A stretch of DNA of 64,000 bases. Source: Leptolyngbyaceae cyanobacterium (GTDB lineage Bacteria; Cyanobacteriota; Cyanobacteriia; Phormidesmidales; Phormidesmidaceae). Under the pieces are notes generated by a model that saw nothing but the letters and a program-made list of their open reading frames with translations, was not told the origin of the DNA and ran no database searches. The DNA lies in the NCBI GenBank assembly GCA_965263355.1, contig CBDHHL010000032.1, positions 1,376,001 to 1,440,000 on the forward strand. Direction: 5' to 3'. The stretch's first letter is position 1. Every line of letters starts with the position of its first letter. The position numbers were made by a program, and so were the translations under genes. Below are positions 41,680-51,999 of this stretch, in pieces.

Positions 41680-43689
41680 TTACTTATCTGCTGTTAAGGT
41701 GGTCATTAATCCTGAGCTGTTACTAACCTGATATTGCTCTGCCTGCATTCGCCAAAGAGCACTATATTCACCATCTTGTTGAAGAAGTTCCTCATGAGTT
41801 CCTGTTTCAACTAATTTCCCTGCTTTTAAGACGAGAATTCTATCAGCTAAGTGTACGGAAGCAAGTCTATGGGTAACTAAAATTGCGATCTTATCTTTTA
41901 CTAATTTGGCAAAGCTGCTGTAGATTTCGTACTCACTTCGTGGATCTAAAGCTGCTGTTGGTTCATCTAAAATCATGATCTGAGCATCTTTTTCACGCAT
42001 AAATGCTCTTGCGATCGCAATCTTCTGCCACTGTCCACCAGACAGCTCAGTTCCTTTGAATTTTTTACCTAAAGGTGTTTGATATCCATCTGGAAGCTGT
42101 TCAACCTGGGTTGAAATTTCTGCTTTTTGGCTTGCATACTTAAGCCTCTTTATGTCAGCAGCAGCTTCGATATCTCCCAGAGCAATGTTTTCAGCAATAG
42201 TAAAATAATAACGACAGAAATCTTGAAATACTGCTCCAATTTTTCGTCGCCAGTTGTCTAGATTCAAATCTTTAATGTTTGTTCCATCTATAGAAATAGT
42301 ACCTTGCGTTGGATCATAAAAGCGTGCTAAGAGTTTAACTAAAGTACTTTTACCTGCTCCATTCTCACCCACAATAGCAATAGTTTCGCCAGGATTTAAG
42401 GTTATGGAAATTCCACTGAGTGCCTCACGTCCGTCTGGATAAACAAAATCCACATTATCAAATGTTATACCAGACTCTATAGAGTTTGGTATAGCTTCCC
42501 CAGGGATAGCAACCGGTATCCTAGACTCGGTATCCATAAATTTAAAGAGCATCTCTAAAAACAATACGCTTCTTTGCATATTCAAAGAAAGCTGAGTAAT
42601 GGTAGTGATATTATTCTGAACATAAGCAAGCGCTTGAATTAACAAAAGAATGCTTCCAGGAGTTAACTTTCCTGATATAGCCTGGAAAATCACCCAACCA
42701 AAACTAAATGCATTTCCTAATGTACTCAACATTCCTAAGAATGTAATACTAGTTGCTTGCTGACTCCGCAGTTTAGTTAGGGCTTGATGTTTATCTTCAA
42801 ATGCTTTTAGATAACGTTGACTAAGTAATGGATATAATCCAAATAGACGAACCTCTTTAGCATAGGTATCTTCTAGCATGATATTAGCGTAATAACGCAT
42901 CTGCCGAGTCTGAAAACTTTTTCTAAAGGTTGCATTCCAGATATTTAGCTCTATTTGGAAGGAAGTATAGGCTTGGGGTAAGTATGTTACTATTATCAAT
43001 AGTGGAATCCACCAACTTACAGTTGCTAATAATGCCAGCATAGTTATCAGCGTAATTAGCTGCTTGAAGATTCCCAACAGACGATTTAATATGCCAAAAG
43101 GCTCTGATCCCGCTCTTGCGTGAAGTATTGATAGTTGATCGTAGAATTCAGCATCTTCAAAGTTAGTAATATCAGCAAAGCTATTAGCTTTTTTCATCAG
43201 CCTTAGATTAATGCTTGCTGTTAATTCATCTGCCAAATTCATTGACACAACATTTACCCAGGGGCTAGAAATGTTTTCTAATACCATAACCAGAATCCAC
43301 AGACATATCACTGTGGAAATGGCTAACCAATGAATGTCTTCTCCTGGCATTAAGGAAACAGCAGTATCTACAACTTGTTTGTTAATGCCTACGGTAACTG
43401 ATGGGATAAAACTTTGGACTAGAAGAATAATAACAAGAAATATTGTCCTCCTAGGAGCAGTCTCCCACAGTAAGCTTAAATAGCGGCTAAAAAGTGTGCC
43501 ATATTTAAAGAATACTTGCCTGATGTTTGATCTCAAGCTTGTATCGCTATTGTTTTCACTATTTTCCTGTTCACTATGGCGCTGGCTAGTATTTTTTTCG
43601 ATACTGTCGTTTTCGTGACTATTGTCCATAGGATTAGTTGATATTGGCTGATTTGCCTGGTCTACCAATTGGTCTGTTGTTTGCTCCAT
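41680..43689 (-). CDS. ABC exporter, fused permease/ATP-binding protein
   Basis: 6 TM plus GENGAGKST, LSGGQWQK, LDEPTAALD. Confidence 0.93.
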   Translation of the reverse strand: MEQTTDQLVDQANQPISTNPMDNSHENDSIEKNTSQRHSEQENSENNSDTSLRSNIRQVFFKYGTLFSRYLSLLWETAPRRTIFLVIILLVQSFIPSVTVGINKQVVDTAVSLMPGEDIHWLAISTVICLWILVMVLENISSPWVNVVSMNLADELTASINLRLMKKANSFADITNFEDAEFYDQLSILHARAGSEPFGILNRLLGIFKQLITLITMLALLATVSWWIPLLIIVTYLPQAYTSFQIELNIWNATFRKSFQTRQMRYYANIMLEDTYAKEVRLFGLYPLLSQRYLKAFEDKHQALTKLRSQQATSITFLGMLSTLGNAFSFGWVIFQAISGKLTPGSILLLIQALAYVQNNITTITQLSLNMQRSVLFLEMLFKFMDTESRIPVAIPGEAIPNSIESGITFDNVDFVYPDGREALSGISITLNPGETIAIVGENGAGKSTLVKLLARFYDPTQGTISIDGTNIKDLNLDNWRRKIGAVFQDFCRYYFTIAENIALGDIEAAADIKRLKYASQKAEISTQVEQLPDGYQTPLGKKFKGTELSGGQWQKIAIARAFMREKDAQIMILDEPTAALDPRSEYEIYSSFAKLVKDKIAILVTHRLASVHLADRILVLKAGKLVETGTHEELLQQDGEYSALWRMQAEQYQVSNSSGLMTTLTADK

Positions 43690-43705
43690 AATGTTTAATT
43701 CTTTA

Positions 43706-44959
43706 TTAGAATAAGTCGTAGATTGCAGACTCTATTTGTCGTCCAACAGTTTGCCAAGAATAGTCTAATTTCAATAATTTATAGGCAGAATCAGCCATTT
43801 TTTCCCGTAACATTGGATTTGACCAAAGCTGACAAATGCCCTCAACCATTGCATCTATCTCGTCTCGGAGCAGCAAATGCTCTCTATCAGCAACGTTTAA
43901 TCCTTCAGCCCCCTTGGTTGTACTCACTACAGGACAGCCACTGGCAAAGGCTTCCAAAATTTTCAGGCGAGTTCCTCCTCCATGGCGCAGTGGCACAGCC
44001 ATAACACTGGCAGCAGCTAAATAGGGTCGAATATCTGAAACCTGTCCCGTAACAATGATCCCCGCATTAGCCTGGGCCGCTTCGATCATTTGTTTATTCG
44101 GATTGCGCCCTACCAATAATAAACGGCAGTCTGGATAAACTTGCCGTAGTCGAGGGTATATTTCATTGATGAGTAACTCAACGGCTTCAGCATTAACAGC
44201 ATAGGAGAATTGCCCCAAGTACAGAACATTGTGTCGTCCCTTGGCTTCCAATCCCTCAGGCAAAGGGCAGGTACCTGAATGAATGCACTCATACTTGGCC
44301 ACATCTACCCCATTGGGAATCACCTGGATATAAGAGACTGGTCCATACAAATTTTGTAGTTGTTGTTGATCGGCATGGCTACAAACCCACACTTGATCTA
44401 CTTGATGAACAAGTCTGCGCTCAATCGGTTGAGTTAACGCTAGCTCAAGCTTTTGGCGCATTGTTAAATTTCGCTTCTCGATGACGGCATAAGCAGCGTA
44501 TATTTCTTTTAACCACACACCATGCACATTATGTTGATCTAAAATGAGACGACATCCAAATTGCTTAACTAGTGGAATATAGCGATGAGCCCACATCTCA
44601 GCAACTACTAAGTCAGGCTGAAATTCTGTCAGTATATTTTGAAACTGTTTAGCACTTTCTTTAGTGTATTTACCAATTTTACTGCGGTAGGGATACCGTC
44701 CAGATTTTAGCCATGGTAACTGGGAAACTAGCCTTTCCCAAAGAGAAGTATCTTTCTTAGACGTATTATAGTGATGACGTACATCCACCCCTGGGATTGA
44801 TTGACCGTTAGAATCCATGGGAAACAACGAGAAAACTCCCACTGAACCCAATTTTGCCATTGCCCTAATTGCCTGCAAATAGCGTAGATGAACGCCTCCT
44901 TGAGGGGGGTAAGGATCCCCAGCAGTAGTAATAAACAGTGTACGAATTGAGGGCAACAT
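43706..44959 (-). CDS. Glycosyltransferase family 4
   Basis: 'PNGVD', 'VPLRHGGGTRLKILEAFASGCPVVST'. Confidence 0.9.
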   Translation of the reverse strand: MLPSIRTLFITTAGDPYPPQGGVHLRYLQAIRAMAKLGSVGVFSLFPMDSNGQSIPGVDVRHHYNTSKKDTSLWERLVSQLPWLKSGRYPYRSKIGKYTKESAKQFQNILTEFQPDLVVAEMWAHRYIPLVKQFGCRLILDQHNVHGVWLKEIYAAYAVIEKRNLTMRQKLELALTQPIERRLVHQVDQVWVCSHADQQQLQNLYGPVSYIQVIPNGVDVAKYECIHSGTCPLPEGLEAKGRHNVLYLGQFSYAVNAEAVELLINEIYPRLRQVYPDCRLLLVGRNPNKQMIEAAQANAGIIVTGQVSDIRPYLAAASVMAVPLRHGGGTRLKILEAFASGCPVVSTTKGAEGLNVADREHLLLRDEIDAMVEGICQLWSNPMLREKMADSAYKLLKLDYSWQTVGRQIESAIYDLF

Positions 44960-44975
44960 TGCTTGTGTTTCAACT

Positions 44976-45040
44976 CTACAGGTAAGATTTGTTAAGACTA
45001 CAGGTAAGATTTGTTAGAACTACGGTTAGATACATTAAGT
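44976..45040. promoter_or_regulatory. 22-bp-period direct repeat (CTACAGGTAAGATTTGTTA x2 plus a degenerate third) in the divergent promoter
   Basis: Read directly between divergent GT4 genes. Confidence 0.55.
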
Positions 45041-45089
45041 CTATTGTTATTATTGTTTCCGCGTTATTCATAATTTATTTAAGGATAAG

Positions 45090-46037
45090 ATGCGTGTCTA
45101 CCTATCGAGCAATCATCACTACCCGGCTAAGGTGACAGGAACCGCCTCACAGCATACCACAGATCTGCTGGCTAGAGGTTTGGGAGAATTAGGGCATGAT
45201 GTCTTTTACGATTTGAGACAAAACGAACTTTTAGCCCCCCTACCTGATTGTGTTACCAAGGTAACAGAACGAAGATTTGACACTGATATTTTGCAGCCTC
45301 AGGATGTTTCCGTATTTGACTCGTTTGATTCTCGGGGCAAGCCCTGGATTAGAACCGTTCAGGCACCCTTTGGAAATCATGATTTTTCAGGGTTATCAAA
45401 GAAAAACTGGATCTTTGTCTCCCGTGCCCATGCCCATAGCTATGGCTGTAATCGCCATGTCCATAACAGTATTGATCCTGCTGACTTTATCTATTCTGAA
45501 ACCAAAGATGACTATTTTATTTTTTTAGTCTGTGGTTTAGAACGAGCTGTTTTGAAGGGGCTGGGACTGGCGTTGCTCCTGGTCCAGGAACTGGGCATTA
45601 AACTAGTTGTCGCAGGATCTAGCAAAGATAAATTTTATCAACGACAGTTTGCTGCCATGTGTCAGGAACAGGGGATAGACTTTGTTGGCGAAGTTCGAGG
45701 TCCTAAAAAAGCCGAATTAATTGCAAGAGCAAAAGCACTGCTTGCCCCCACCTTGATTAATGAACCATTTGGCTTGGTGATTGCCGAAGCATTAATCTCT
45801 GGAACTCCAGTAATTTGTAGCGATCGCGGCTCCTTTCCAGAACTGGTTTCACCCGATGTCGGTTTTATTTGCCGTAGATTCCATGAGTATATTGCGGCTG
45901 TTGAAATGCTTGAAAAAATTGATCCCAAGGCATGCCGAGAAAAGGCAATGCAAGATTTTCATTACCTAAGAATGGCTGCCAATTATATAAAGGAATATGA
46001 GATAGAAATATCCTTAGGCTGTCTTACTCAACGATAA
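45090..46037 (+). CDS. Glycosyltransferase family 4
   Basis: 'EPFGLVIAEALISGTPVI..RGSFPE'. Confidence 0.88.
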   Translation: MRVYLSSNHHYPAKVTGTASQHTTDLLARGLGELGHDVFYDLRQNELLAPLPDCVTKVTERRFDTDILQPQDVSVFDSFDSRGKPWIRTVQAPFGNHDFSGLSKKNWIFVSRAHAHSYGCNRHVHNSIDPADFIYSETKDDYFIFLVCGLERAVLKGLGLALLLVQELGIKLVVAGSSKDKFYQRQFAAMCQEQGIDFVGEVRGPKKAELIARAKALLAPTLINEPFGLVIAEALISGTPVICSDRGSFPELVSPDVGFICRRFHEYIAAVEMLEKIDPKACREKAMQDFHYLRMAANYIKEYEIEISLGCLTQR

Positions 46038-46050
46038 GTAACCTTCCACC

Positions 46051-47115
46051 ATGTCTTTAAGATTTCACTGGAGACTACCCGCTGGCACTGACAAATCATC
46101 AGAAGCCACCTTTGATCCACAAGGATTAGGGCTACTTGATATTGAAACAGACATTAACTTCTGTCGTCGAGCAGAAGAAATTGGCATTGAGTCTTTATTG
46201 ACGGCATTTGGCTACTATAGGCCCGATCCAATTTTGCTTTCCACCGCCCTCGGTCTGGCCACACAGAAAATTAAGTTTACGGTTGCCTATCGCCCTGGAC
46301 TGCTGTCGCCCACATTATTTGTTCAGCAAATTAATACCCTTGCAATGTTAACTCATGGTCGAGTCAGCTTAAATATCATTGCTGGCCATTCTAAAAAAGA
46401 GCAAGCCTATTATGGCGATTTTCTAAATCATGATGAGCGATATTCAAGGGCGGGAGAATTTCTAGAGATTTGTCATGGCCTTTGGCAAAATAATGGTGGT
46501 TTCACCTTTAAAGGTCAATATTTTCAAGTTGAAGATGCACATTTAGGTACCCCCTTTCTTTCAGCAGAGCGTAGCTTTCCAGAGATATACATTGGCGGTG
46601 GTTCGCCGCCAGCCCAGGAGTTGGCAATCAATCAAGGCTGTTGTTGGCTACTGCTTTTTGATACTCCGGACAATTTGAGAGCGCGTATTCAACCAGTCTT
46701 GAAGCAAGGTATAGAGGTGGGACTGCGGGGCTCCATTGTAGTTAGAGAGACTCGAAAAGAGGCCATTGAGGCAGCCTATTCACTGATTGATACAACGAAA
46801 CAGCAGTGGGTTGAAGACGTCTTTACCAAGAATTCTGAATTTGAATCGATCAAAGCCGCATTTGAGTATATGCAAGAAGCAGATGCGAATTGGCTGACAC
46901 CTTGGCTGTGGAAGGGTGCAGTTCCTTTCTGTGGGCCTTCATCAATTACGTTGGTGGGCACACCGACAGACATTGCCTCAGCCATCATGGAATACAAAAA
47001 TATTGGCTGTTCGCAATTTATTTTATCTGGATGGCCTGAACTTGAAACCATGACCTATTTTGGGCGAGAAGTTTTGCCCATTATTCGAGAAATGGAACAG
47101 AAGATAACCTCTTAG
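46051..47115 (+). CDS. LLM-class (luciferase-like) flavin-dependent monooxygenase, SsuD/DszA-related
   Basis: 'FHWRL', 'AYRPG..SP', 'GRVSLNII.G', 'HDERY', 'LVGTP', 'FILSGWP'. Confidence 0.88.
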   Translation: MSLRFHWRLPAGTDKSSEATFDPQGLGLLDIETDINFCRRAEEIGIESLLTAFGYYRPDPILLSTALGLATQKIKFTVAYRPGLLSPTLFVQQINTLAMLTHGRVSLNIIAGHSKKEQAYYGDFLNHDERYSRAGEFLEICHGLWQNNGGFTFKGQYFQVEDAHLGTPFLSAERSFPEIYIGGGSPPAQELAINQGCCWLLLFDTPDNLRARIQPVLKQGIEVGLRGSIVVRETRKEAIEAAYSLIDTTKQQWVEDVFTKNSEFESIKAAFEYMQEADANWLTPWLWKGAVPFCGPSSITLVGTPTDIASAIMEYKNIGCSQFILSGWPELETMTYFGREVLPIIREMEQKITS

Positions 47116-47183
47116 AGTGTTATAAAAACATAGATTTTCAGGCTGAGTACATTAAGGAGTTTAATCGCTTAACGGAGTCAGTT

Positions 47184-48104
47184 ATGGGCAAGCAAATTAT
47201 ATTGTCTGATCTCCTCCACTTACGTTATAGACCTCATAAATGGCCAAAGCTCAAAGAATGTCAGCCATGTCCAGCGTTTCAACTGTTTGATTGGGTTATT
47301 TGGCTTCCTCATTCGGCGCTTTCGTGTCGTTTCCGAAATTTCATGCCTCGTACAGTTCTCTGCCTAGCCCATTTAAGCAGTCTTCAAGTATTACTGAAAC
47401 TAAAAAGCTGCCTTAGTAACTCTACTGTAATTATTGCTGGACGAGATACAAATTTGAGTAAGGTATTGCCGATAGTTGAGACTTTGTTGCCTTACTGCCA
47501 AAAGATTTACTACGAAGCTAAAGATATAGCTCATCCAGAAATAGAGTCATTTTCTATGGGGTTTACTAGTTTTTACTTCTACCTACATCGGGTTGAGTTT
47601 GAGACCATTTCCCAGTTGGCTACATTAGTTTCTAATTTGGAATGGGAAAAGCAGGGAGTATTAGCTGCTTGGGGTGGTATTTATGCCAGGCTTGACCAGA
47701 TTTTAGCAGATCGGCGTGCTGCGGTTGAATTTGTTGAAAATTGTCCATGGATTCAGAGAGAGCAGCTTGAACCTGCTGATTATTGGCAGCGTCTGGCCGA
47801 GTCTAAATTTCTGCTAGCCCCTGCTGGTAATGGGATTCAGTCTCCTAAACTAGCAGAAGCCTGGTTGATGAGAACAGTGCCGATTGTAACCGATAATCCC
47901 TGCTTTCGGGATCTTCAAGCGGAGGGCTTTCCCCTACTCATTATCGATCAATGGAATGATCTTACTCAAAAACTGCTGGAAAATTTTGAGACAGAACGAT
48001 GCAATATTGACTGGGAAAGGGTCCAATCAATGCTGACGCTGCAACATTTTCGCTCACGTTATCTCTTACCTTCGGAAGATATGGATAAATGGGAGGATGA
48101 GTAA
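47184..48104 (+). CDS. Exostosin (GT47)-like protein
   Basis: 'Y...LAESKFLLAPAGNG..SPKLAEA.LM.TVPIV'. Confidence 0.65.
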   Translation: MGKQIILSDLLHLRYRPHKWPKLKECQPCPAFQLFDWVIWLPHSALSCRFRNFMPRTVLCLAHLSSLQVLLKLKSCLSNSTVIIAGRDTNLSKVLPIVETLLPYCQKIYYEAKDIAHPEIESFSMGFTSFYFYLHRVEFETISQLATLVSNLEWEKQGVLAAWGGIYARLDQILADRRAAVEFVENCPWIQREQLEPADYWQRLAESKFLLAPAGNGIQSPKLAEAWLMRTVPIVTDNPCFRDLQAEGFPLLIIDQWNDLTQKLLENFETERCNIDWERVQSMLTLQHFRSRYLLPSEDMDKWEDE

Positions 48105-48243
48105 GCAGGCAATGATTTATCCCACGTGCCTAAACAGATTTATATGGAATGCTACGTAGCTTTAATGGGTAGTTCTAACGTTGTAAAAACTGGATGTAGT
48201 CGTGACTAATTTTTATCAGAGATATTTATTGGAATGGGCATAA

Positions 48244-49143
48244 ATGCATAATCGGATAGTTCTTAATTATTGGCATGGAGGTCTGTGTAACAATATTGTT
48301 CAACTTTGTCATGCTATATATTTGGCAGAGAGTACCTGCTCTTATTTAGAGGTCTCGCCTCATCCTGGTTTACTTGAAACACATCATGATTTTGACTTCA
48401 CCAATGGTGAACCAACTCAAGAGACAATATCGGATATCTTTTATTGGTTGGATGAGAATTTATTTGGAGTAAAAACTATTGATTGGAACATACGACGTAA
48501 TATTCTGAAAAGATATATACGTCCAATGTTACCTAAAACATTATTTCCTACTGCAGGCCAAGATGGCCTGACAATTCATATTCGGTCCGGCGATATTTTT
48601 AGACGTAAACCAGCGATTAAAGTTTTTAAGCGAGCACCTAACTTGATAGTTGCTCTTAAAAGGCTTTTATCTGGAACCCATCGAGTTAACTCAGAGTTTA
48701 TTCAGCCGCCCCTGGCCTTTTACACAAGGGTGATTGAAAGTAAGCCATGGTCACGTATTATTCTTATCGCACAAGACACTGAAAATCCTACTATCCATGC
48801 CTTACTCAAGGCTTACGGCACCATTGAATTTCAACCAGGAAGCCTTGAAAGGGATATCATGGCATTACTGTCAGCTCAAAATCTAGTTATTGGCTATGGC
48901 ACTTTCGGTATCACCTGGGCACTACTAAGCGATCATATTCAATCACTATACTCTCCTGTAGTACCTATTAAAACCTTTGACCATCTGTACCCAGGCGATA
49001 TCAAGGGCGTTAGCGTTTATCCCTTTGAATTTCAGAACTACATACCCATAGGTCAATGGAAAGCAACTGCAAGGCAAAAGCAGTTGATGTTGAAGTATTG
49101 CGATCGCAATATCCTAGCCATCCATTCGCCACGGGATAGTTAG
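48244..49143 (+). CDS. GT11-like (alpha-1,2-fucosyltransferase-fold) protein
   Basis: 'GGLCNNIVQ', 'IHIRSGD', 'QPPLAFY', 'D...L.SAQNLVIGYGTF'. Confidence 0.65.
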   Translation: MHNRIVLNYWHGGLCNNIVQLCHAIYLAESTCSYLEVSPHPGLLETHHDFDFTNGEPTQETISDIFYWLDENLFGVKTIDWNIRRNILKRYIRPMLPKTLFPTAGQDGLTIHIRSGDIFRRKPAIKVFKRAPNLIVALKRLLSGTHRVNSEFIQPPLAFYTRVIESKPWSRIILIAQDTENPTIHALLKAYGTIEFQPGSLERDIMALLSAQNLVIGYGTFGITWALLSDHIQSLYSPVVPIKTFDHLYPGDIKGVSVYPFEFQNYIPIGQWKATARQKQLMLKYCDRNILAIHSPRDS

Positions 49144-49158
49144 ACAGCCCTTTTACAG

Positions 49159-50517
49159 TTAACAGGCTTGCGATAACTTTTCAGCTTTGGAGACTTGTAA
49201 ACCCAAAAATAGCGCACGAAACATCATAAAACTAGTCCACGCTAACCACAAAATATGACAGCTGTGCCATTGCCAAGCAGCCATTGCCAGTAAGCTGAAG
49301 CCACAAATAGCAGCCAGTACCATCGCATCTCGCAATATAGACCCCACCGCTAATCCAAGGAAATAACCATCTAAGGTATTAGCAATGGACCCAAATGTCA
49401 TCACTGGCAGCAACCAAAACACATAGATGTGCATCAAAGAGAGTACAGACTCTTTATTGGTAAAGAATTGGAATAAAACGTCCGAAAAGCCGATGGTAAC
49501 CGTTGCACACAACACACCTGCAGCCATGCAGCTCACCATCGCTAACTGTAACAACTGTTGTAACTTATCGCTCCGTCCTTCTCCATAAAACACCCCCGTC
49601 AGACTTTCAGTGGCATAACAAAATCCACGGCTGATATGTGAAAAGAGTATCACTGCCTGGAATAGCAACGTATTAGCTGCAAAAATAGTCGTGCCTAAGG
49701 ATGAGCCAATGTCAATAAAAACGGACATTGTGAGGCCAATGACTAATGTTTTGAGCAAAATATCTCGATTTAGGATCAACGTTTCTACGGTGGCTGACCA
49801 ATTATGGATACGGGGTAAGAGTCCTTTAATCGAGTGCCATGGCAACAATCTGGCAGCAAATCCTAAGGCAATCACCAAGGCCGCATACTGGCTGCCAACA
49901 GTGGCTAACCCCGCCCCCGTACTGCCCCAATGGCAGCGCACAATTAACCAGTAGTCGAGAAAAATGTTGGCTCCGTTACTGACAATCGAAATTAGCAACA
50001 CCTTGCCACTCTGTTCCAGCCCCAACAGCCAACCCAACAATACAAACATGGTCATATTGGCCGGCACACCTAGAATCATGACATTGAAGTAGGCCCGACC
50101 AGCAGCCTCTGTTTCGGCGGTGGATGCCAGTAGGTTAAACCCTAACTCCCGAATTGGCCATTGCAATAACAAAATCACACCGCTGAATACCAACGCCAAG
50201 AGTAGATTTCGCAGCAATATAAGAGCCACCTCATCCTCATCTTGTCGTCCACTGGCTTGAGCAGTAGTACCCGTAGTCCCCATACGTAGCGTTAGACCCA
50301 GGCGATAAATTAAATCAAAAATAACCGCAGCCAGGGCCACCCCATTTAAATGACGAATTTCATCCAGGTGTCCCAGGAAAGCAACATCAATCAGGCTGGC
50401 CAGAGGCACCAACAGGTTAGACAGAATATTTAAAGTTGACAGTCGAAAAAAACGTACTCTGAAAGTATCTGAGTCTAAGTCTGGGATATCGGTAAGCTTT
50501 GTGACTTCATGACTCAT
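49159..50517 (-). CDS. MATE family efflux transporter (DinF-like)
   Basis: 'ILSNLLVPL..LID.AFLGHL', 'LRMGTTG.TAQA', 12 TM. Confidence 0.9.
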   Translation of the reverse strand: MSHEVTKLTDIPDLDSDTFRVRFFRLSTLNILSNLLVPLASLIDVAFLGHLDEIRHLNGVALAAVIFDLIYRLGLTLRMGTTGTTAQASGRQDEDEVALILLRNLLLALVFSGVILLLQWPIRELGFNLLASTAETEAAGRAYFNVMILGVPANMTMFVLLGWLLGLEQSGKVLLISIVSNGANIFLDYWLIVRCHWGSTGAGLATVGSQYAALVIALGFAARLLPWHSIKGLLPRIHNWSATVETLILNRDILLKTLVIGLTMSVFIDIGSSLGTTIFAANTLLFQAVILFSHISRGFCYATESLTGVFYGEGRSDKLQQLLQLAMVSCMAAGVLCATVTIGFSDVLFQFFTNKESVLSLMHIYVFWLLPVMTFGSIANTLDGYFLGLAVGSILRDAMVLAAICGFSLLAMAAWQWHSCHILWLAWTSFMMFRALFLGLQVSKAEKLSQAC

Positions 50518-50833
50518 AAAAAACGTTTCAGATACCTATGGGCGAACAGGTATGATTGTAGTGCCCAGAGGCCTTTTTGACACTTGGTCTGACTGACCTG
50601 GCTATCCAGTTGATGGATAACTGACAAAATACGCCCCAATACGCTACGAACCTAACGAACCCGGTATCGAAGGGCATCCGCAAGGGAGTCCTACAGGATT
50701 GTCAATTTTTAATCGGGTTTAATGAATTCGGATTTGGTATAAGCGCCATTTTGGCAATATGCCTTACACTTCAGTCAATGAGAAAAACTCAAACGTGTGA
50801 AAAGTAGGCAAACAAGGAAATAGTATTGACATT

Positions 50834-51982
50834 ATGGCCAGACATAAACAACCTACTCAATACAACGTATGCGTTGAGCCCATACATCGAGCGTCTTCTT
50901 ATTTCTTTGAGTCAGCCCCATCAGTAGATACAGACCGAAGTGATAAAATTGGCCGCTATGGCAGATATGGAAATCCCACCTGGATACAGGTAGAGAATAG
51001 GCTTGCTGAGCTAGATAAAGCCGAAGATTCCCTGCTGTTTGCATCAGGAATGAATGCCATTACGACAACGTTACTAGCCTTTGCGAAACCGAAAGATCAT
51101 ATTGTTTTCACCGGTAACTGCTATAAACACACCCGTTCTTTTATCGCTGAGTTTCTAAAACGTTACGGCGTTAAATCACAAGCTGTTAATTACAGCCATG
51201 AGCAGGATTTTAGCACCTCTATTATCCATGCCATTACAGACGAGACCAAGCTAGTCGTCTTAGAAACACCGTCCAATCCCCATTTATATTTGGTAGACAT
51301 TGAAAAAATTCACAGTCATTTGCCGTCTCAATGTTTGCTAATCGTCGATAGCACGCTAGCCTCACCCATTAATCTGTCTCCCATAGATCTTGGGGCCGAT
51401 CTGGTTACCCACAGTTGCACTAAATACATTGGTGGCCATGGAGACCTTCTGGCAGGCTGTGTGTCTGGTTCCCAGGAGTTAATTGATTTGATTCGCAACT
51501 ATCGCAATATGATGGGAGGCATTATCGATCCACAGTGTGCGTTCCTAATTAATAGAAGCTTAGATTCGTTTCCACTACGTATGCGGTATCTCAACGAATC
51601 TGGCATGAAAATTGCTCATTTTTTAGAACAACACTCAGGCGTCAATCGTGTATTTTACACAGGGCTCAAAAGCCATCCCCATTATCACCTGGCTAAAGAC
51701 TATCTTAAAGGCCACGGTGCTGTTATCACCTTTGAACTGGGCTGCGATCAGCAAGCAACTACCCAGTTTATTGATGATCTAAAAATACCGTTTATGGGGT
51801 CAAATTTTGGCACGAGTGCCACTATGATTGAGCAATGTAGTATCTTTACCTACTATCATTTAAGTGCCGATCAGCGCCACGCTCAAGGCATAGGCGATAG
51901 TCTAGTTCGCCTCAGTTTGGGATATGAGGATACTGATTTATTAATAGAGGATCTCAATCAAGCGCTCGACAAGATTACATAA
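50834..51982 (+). CDS. Trans-sulfuration PLP enzyme (cystathionine gamma-synthase/lyase family)
   Basis: 'YGRYGNPT', 'FASGMNA', 'ETPSNP', 'DST', 'HSCTKYIGGHGD', 'LVRLSLG.E'. Confidence 0.92.
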   Translation: MARHKQPTQYNVCVEPIHRASSYFFESAPSVDTDRSDKIGRYGRYGNPTWIQVENRLAELDKAEDSLLFASGMNAITTTLLAFAKPKDHIVFTGNCYKHTRSFIAEFLKRYGVKSQAVNYSHEQDFSTSIIHAITDETKLVVLETPSNPHLYLVDIEKIHSHLPSQCLLIVDSTLASPINLSPIDLGADLVTHSCTKYIGGHGDLLAGCVSGSQELIDLIRNYRNMMGGIIDPQCAFLINRSLDSFPLRMRYLNESGMKIAHFLEQHSGVNRVFYTGLKSHPHYHLAKDYLKGHGAVITFELGCDQQATTQFIDDLKIPFMGSNFGTSATMIEQCSIFTYYHLSADQRHAQGIGDSLVRLSLGYEDTDLLIEDLNQALDKIT

Positions 51983-51999
51983 CATTGACATGAGTACCT

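Noticed and set aside
49159..50517. Guanitoxin cluster (GntT-like MATE with a PLP enzyme and methyltransferases nearby)
   Set aside because: This MATE type is widespread; no recognisable arginine hydroxylase, kinase or other gnt genes; the PLP enzyme is trans-sulfuration type
50520..50830. SAM riboswitch upstream of the trans-sulfuration gene
   Set aside because: Some hairpins, but the SAM-I consensus elements were not found on either strand
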